A DNA stretch of 55,372 nucleotides, filler included, from Sluysia triapertura (Eukaryota), in NCBI GenBank assembly GCA_046118255.1. It is 4 parts of 4 records of this genome, joined end to end, with 100 filler letters (N's around TTAATTAATTAA, not from the genome) between each part and the next. Parts side by side here need not be neighbours in the genome. Positions count along the whole stretch, not along the records: positions 37,193 to 55,372 come from JBJNIA010168591.1; 3 more parts are not named here. One strand, written 5' to 3'. Position 1 is the stretch's first letter. Every line of letters starts with the position of its first letter. The notes under the pieces were generated by a model, which worked only from the letters and a program-made list of their open reading frames with translations, had not been told where the DNA came from and made no database searches. The position numbers and the translations under genes were made by a program. Shown piece after piece: positions 49,991 through 55,372 of this stretch.

Positions 49991-52900
49991 TGATTTTTTT
50001 ACATTAAAGGATTTTGAATTTAAAATTATAACAAAGGGAAGTATTGTGATATTATTTGTATATGTATTCAAATTATTGTTATAAATTTTAGAATTATAGT
50101 TTTTATCTTTTTAATTATAGAATTATTGTTATTACTTTTATTGCTATCACTTTTATTATTTAATTTAAAATTTCTTGTTTGAAATTACATAAAAGTCATT
50201 ATAAAACTGGTGCTTAAGGCACTCGAACATTTTGTTATAGAAATAAATTTTAAAACGAAAATAACACAAAGATTCTTTATTATATATAATTAACTTAAAT
50301 TTTACAATCATTGTTGACACAAATATAAAACGAATAAAACTATATACACAATACTTACATTTATTAACGCTAGTAATTCTGGCCGAAATCGAATCGTTTC
50401 ATGTACCCATACTATTTTTTTGTAATACAATTTTCATAATTTTAAGTACAAAAAGTGGTTTAAATAATGGAATTTGAAACATACGTCATACGTCAAAAAA
50501 TTTTATAGAACAAGTGATATTTTAAAATAGCGTAAAACATTCTATAAACTTTAAAACGAGTAATATATTCAATTGCATAAATTTTAAATGTATTTAAATG
50601 TATAATGTAATCATTTTTATATCTCTTTTTGTTAATCTATCTACACGAATACATTTAAAAATATTAAAAATATTTGCATCAAAATGAAGAATATAATGGA
50701 TTTCATTAAATTGAAAATTATCTAAAACAACATTAATGAATCTTGAAGATATCTTTTCTTTATAATGTTCGTCTGACTCATTTAATGGAATGGTTTGGGA
50801 TACTACTGGAATGTTTCATAAAAATACAAATCGATTATCATTACTTTGAAATAATATTAAAGCAATATTATTTTTTGATAAGAATGATTGAATTCTAGTA
50901 GCAATAAAAATTAATTATTGACTTTATTTTGCTAATAAAATCTACACCTAATTAAAATAGATCAGTATGCAAAATTATATAAGATGTATGCAAATAAACA
51001 TTTTCCAAGATTCGTTATTGCCGAATTATAAAATTAGAATATTCTAGTAAAGTAGGCAAACATGTGTGACTTTGTTCAGTGATTTGCTGTTTTGTTGGTT
51101 GTTGTGGCTGGTTTTGTTCGATTAAGCGTTATCGAATAAAATGTAAAGAAAACGATATGGAAAATACATTGAATTATGTTTAAAGTTAGTTTAATTTTTT
51201 TGTTATTACTGCCATCAGAATTCACTTTAGCATTATTCGTGTTATGCACTGTTAAGAAATGCATTGTACACAGTTTATTGCTTCCATAGTTTCTAACTAG
51301 AATTTCTACATTCTGACGAATAAAAAAATATAAAAATATAAAATTACAAGATAGAAGCGGGAAGAAAGTGTCTCATAATGATGACAAGATGACAATGCAT
51401 TGTGTTTTATAAAACGGTGTTTAAGTAAGCATTTAAAATTTCGTAAGGATGGATGATGTGCTGTTGCAAGTGATATGGATAAACTTGTTATGTACATGTT
51501 TATTATGATTTATGTGATATGTAGGTGGGTGTTGGCCTGGCCACCACATTTATATTATTATATATGTAATTATTTTTGTTGAAGCACAATGGTCTTTCAG
51601 AAATACTTCTCCCTTCAGAAAGATTTGTTCTCAAATAGAGATAAAATTTTTGTAATGTTACTAGTAATATCAAATAGTATTCAAAGTTATATGTTTTTAA
51701 TATGATAGCGAATAAAATTACACCTCCATGTAGTGCGAAGTAGTGACGATAAGACAGGCTAACCATTACCAAGCAACTACGCCTTTTTGGTCATGATGAC
51801 TGAGTATTTCTTTGTGGCAGTTTGAGAACGGATTGTGGAGAAGCCAAGTAGCAATAATTCACCAATGTGTTGTTCCGTTTCGTGTTGAAGATGGTAGTAG
51901 TTGTTTCGGGTCGTTTGGGAGAGTGCAAAAGTAAATTTAGAAGATGATGTAACGACAAATGAGAAAAAGAAAGTAGAGGAAGAATGAACAATATAAAAAA
52001 GAAGAGTTATTAGGAAAAGGAAGGTAAAAAGGAAGCATAACTTTCCCTAATCACATCAAATAAGGAAATTAATTCAAATGTAAAACGAGTACGGGACCGT
52101 TTTAGGCAGGCATAATATGGCGATTATAAGTCTAGGATGTAGAGCCACTATAATCTTATTATGTATGCGTCCAATAAAATATAGACAAACACATCAATGT
52201 CTCTAGTTTCTGTGAGATCAATTTTGCTCATACCTTGAATAACCTGTAAAAATAATAAAGACAGTGAAATGAAAACCATACATTCAAGGCTTAGTGCGTG
52301 CACAATTTTTTGAATTGACAAGTTGAACACTCGATAAAACATATAACAGATGAAGACATAATATAAATTATATAACATAAAATATAATAAGATTATAAAT
52401 GTAAATTAAATACTTATATATTATTTTATGAATAAAAATGCTTTAAACTGAGATCCATGAAAAAACGCAGATTTTATCATAATTACTGTATGAACTATAC
52501 TCATACACGACATCACATACACAAGCCATCACAAATTAACATTTCATACACAAAAAAAAACACTAAACATATTATCTGATTTATTCAAAACACACACACA
52601 CAATCATAATGTACAGTTATCATGAGTTGTATTTATTGTTATCATAAATTCCATTGTAATAATAATTCTTATAATAATTTAATATAATAATTCTTATAAT
52701 AATATCACAATACCATCAACATCATCATATAAAATATATAATAATTCTATTATAAATTTAATTGTATTATTGTTATCATTATGATTTGTGTTATTTTCAC
52801 AATTAATCTTCTTTTTATTCTTTGTGTTTATATGAATTTGTATATAATTATGTATGTGTTGTTATTGTCCACATTTTATTGTTTCAATAAATAACTTTCA

Positions 52901-53362
52901 ATAAACTTTCTTTCTAACTCTCTTTCTTTAACTTTCTGGTGTTGAAATTATTGAAATGATTATTTATGTAGAATGATAACCAAATTATTACTATTATTAC
53001 AATTTATTAATTAATACTACTGCTAATATTTCTCCACCATCTTATTGAGTGTTATTAGTACAAATATTATTATTATTACAAATATTATTATTGCGTATTT
53101 TACATTTGATTTTTAGTTAGATTTTAGTTACTTAAAATAATCAGTGACTAAAATTTAGCTAAAAATTATACTGCTACTATTATTACTACCACCACTATTA
53201 TCATTACTACTGCCTTTCGGAAATTTCATCATCCAATCAGAAATTATAAAATAAAATGCAAAATATTAAATAAAATTATAACGATTAATAATTAATTGCT
53301 GAGTAAAAATATCGATCGCTCACAATTAATTATAAAATCGTAATTGTTGAATTTTTATATTT

Positions 53363-53590
53363 ATGGCTTGTCCGAAAATTTAAGTGCTATAATTTGGTTA
53401 TTATTGGTATTACTGTTAGCTTGGCCTCTTGCTACATCTTTAGCAGTAATTTATGTTTTTATTACTACTTACAGCTCGTATACAACCACTGAAAGAAATT
53501 AACGATGCTTTATTAAAATTTATTCACCTTCCTTATGATTGGTCACAAAAACATGCACCAAAGGAGTTGGAACCGAACGATAAAAATTTA
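53363..53590 (+). pseudogene. Small uncharacterised invertebrate membrane protein, frameshifted
   Basis: Reconstructs as MACPKI/SAIIWLLLVLLLAWPLATSLAVIYVF/LLLTARIQPLKEINDALLKFIHLPYDWSQK, resembling a recalled ~70-aa family (M.CP.IL..I.W.L.L..I.WP...Y....PF..C...L....LP); -1 and +1 shifts in T runs. Confidence 0.5.
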
Positions 53591-54406
53591 AGAACGTTAT
53601 ACATTATTATGTTGGTAAATTTTATATTTTTATCCTTGCTGTATAATAAAAGTTTATCAAATTTCGTTGTAATGTTTTTAAAGGCCTTAAGCCTGTGTTG
53701 TTTAATAATTCATAATAGTTAAAATTTTCAATGTTTTGACTAATAATATGCATTAATAATAATAAATAAATAATAATAATAATAAATAATAATAATAATA
53801 AGCAACTTGATTATACAAAGTCAAAGTTCAATATTAATACAGATATTGTCTAAAAATCGAATAAATATAGACTAATATAAGAAATACAAGATGTTATTTT
53901 ATAATTGTAAGATCTATGATGTTCGGGTTTAATTATTGATGACTTATTATTATTATGAACATTATTAACTTTATTTTTTAATTCACTACAAAAATCTATG
54001 TAAAATTCGAAATGATTACAATTACAAATGTGGTGCTTAAGGCACTTAAGTAATACATTCAAAATAATTATGAAAATGTAAAAACTCAATATAAATTTAT
54101 TAAACATCCAGAAAATTGAAAATTTTATTATTCTCGATACACTATTAATTTTATCAATAGGACAACCTTGTCTTCCAAAACGATCTAAGACTCTGGCTCG
54201 GATCACAACAATATCGATCAGGATAAGATTTAAATGAGTCGATGAGGTACTGAATTTATACCAATAAGTCACCTCCATTACTAATAACTTTCTAATTCCA
54301 TGCTTACCAACTTGACGAAGAAGTGTTTGAGATTCAGTCCAAGTTCGGTGGTGCCGAACAGTGTGAAAAAGTCTAATATCGCTAATGAATATAAAATTTA
54401 AATTAA

Positions 54407-54746
54407 TTAACGGCATTTTGAATATACACCGTTTCATCGTGAATACATTTTCAGCTTTAAAATTTATCACATTATTAATATATGTAGTTACTCAATATTC
54501 TTAAAAATTGTTAACAAAAGAAAAGAATTGTATTCTGTAACATATTCAATATTAACATCAATCAATTTTAGTTACTACATTTTTCAATAACATTTAACAT
54601 GACTAGTCTACTAGTTAACGGCACTTTTAAATTATACCGTTTAATCATGAATATAATTTTAGCTTTAAAATTTATCTCATTATTATTACTATATGTAAGT
54701 TTCCCAATATTGTTAAAAGTTGTTAATAAAAGAAAAGAACTGTATC
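54407..54746 (+). repeat. Diverged direct duplication of about 130 bp
   Basis: 54407-54535 and 54615-54746 both run TTAACGGCA...AGCTTTAAAATTTATC...AAAAGAAAAGAA.TGTAT. Confidence 0.85.
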
Positions 54747-55372
54747 TATTTGGGGGTGGAGTCCCCGTATATAATGTTTTTAATATAAAATCTTGAGAAC
54801 TAGTTTTCAGAGATACGATATAAAATGTTTTTATAAGGGAAGTTATGAGACTGTAACTTAGATAATGTAGCGTTTGATCGTTAAAATTATTTGACTCTAT
54901 TTGAAAGTTTAAAATTATTGGCGAATCTTTAACTAAGTCAGCGTTACATAGATTGATATAAGATTATACATTTGGAACTCTTAAAGGTATCAAGTCAAAA
55001 TATGAAGATGCATAAAGTACGTATATTGTTATTGAGGATGTTAAATAAATTTTGTGAGAAAAACATAAATCACTGAGCATAAAGACCATAGCGTAGTGAA
55101 AATTGAAATATCTTTGTTAAGAAAATCCTGTTTTAGTGCTTTAAAAGTCGGTATGATAGACGCCTGGGTTTGATTATTTCTCACAAGTGGTCTTAGACTT
55201 TTCTTTACTTTCCCATAATAAATTAAATCTAAGGTATTATAATTTATATTAAACTCAGGTACTGAATTATCATAACTTACACATTTATTGGTTTCGATAC
55301 TTATATTAATCATGAACTTTATTACTTTATTAAAGCTATATTTGGAACGACGATAATAAAAAAGATCCATTA

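Noticed and set aside
53850-54470. 206-aa minus-strand ORF as a gene
   Set aside because: GTG start inside a local duplication, no recognisable motif and low-complexity ends; not supportable without expression data.

Overview
Very AT-rich, intron-containing animal genomic DNA; the gene content suggests an invertebrate, possibly spiralian, but the species cannot be determined from the sequence. The window is four contigs (1-12841, 12942-25911, 26012-37092, 37193-55372) joined by artificial 100-bp N44-TTAATTAATTAA-N44 linkers, so adjacency across linkers is unproven. Host genes: three phase-compatible exons of a minus-strand protocadherin-like gene and two exons of an FBF1-like coiled-coil gene. 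There are four disabled gene copies: MAPK7/ERK5-like kinase, FN3-repeat single-pass receptor, ENKD1-like, and a small membrane protein. The rest is mostly decayed mobile DNA (pogo/Tc2, maT, DD39D-like mariner, hAT MITEs, Ty3/gypsy gag/pol, two dispersed repeat families of over 1 kb). The most unusual signals are structural. (1) An intronic array of ~53-bp-periodic hairpins whose outer stems differ in sequence but always pair around an invariant bulged-A/CC-UU...GG core (10931-11349). (2) A pol-less virus-like ORF cluster with a gag zinc knuckle and membrane proteins (18769-22990), containing an antisense T-armless tRNA-Ala-like element (20825-20882). (3) A two-copy hairpin/pseudoknot that sequesters a splice-donor sequence. 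(4) A recurring TGACA-hairpin plus paired-CCAAT module upstream of unrelated ORFs. All family assignments come from manual translation and recalled motifs, not database searches.
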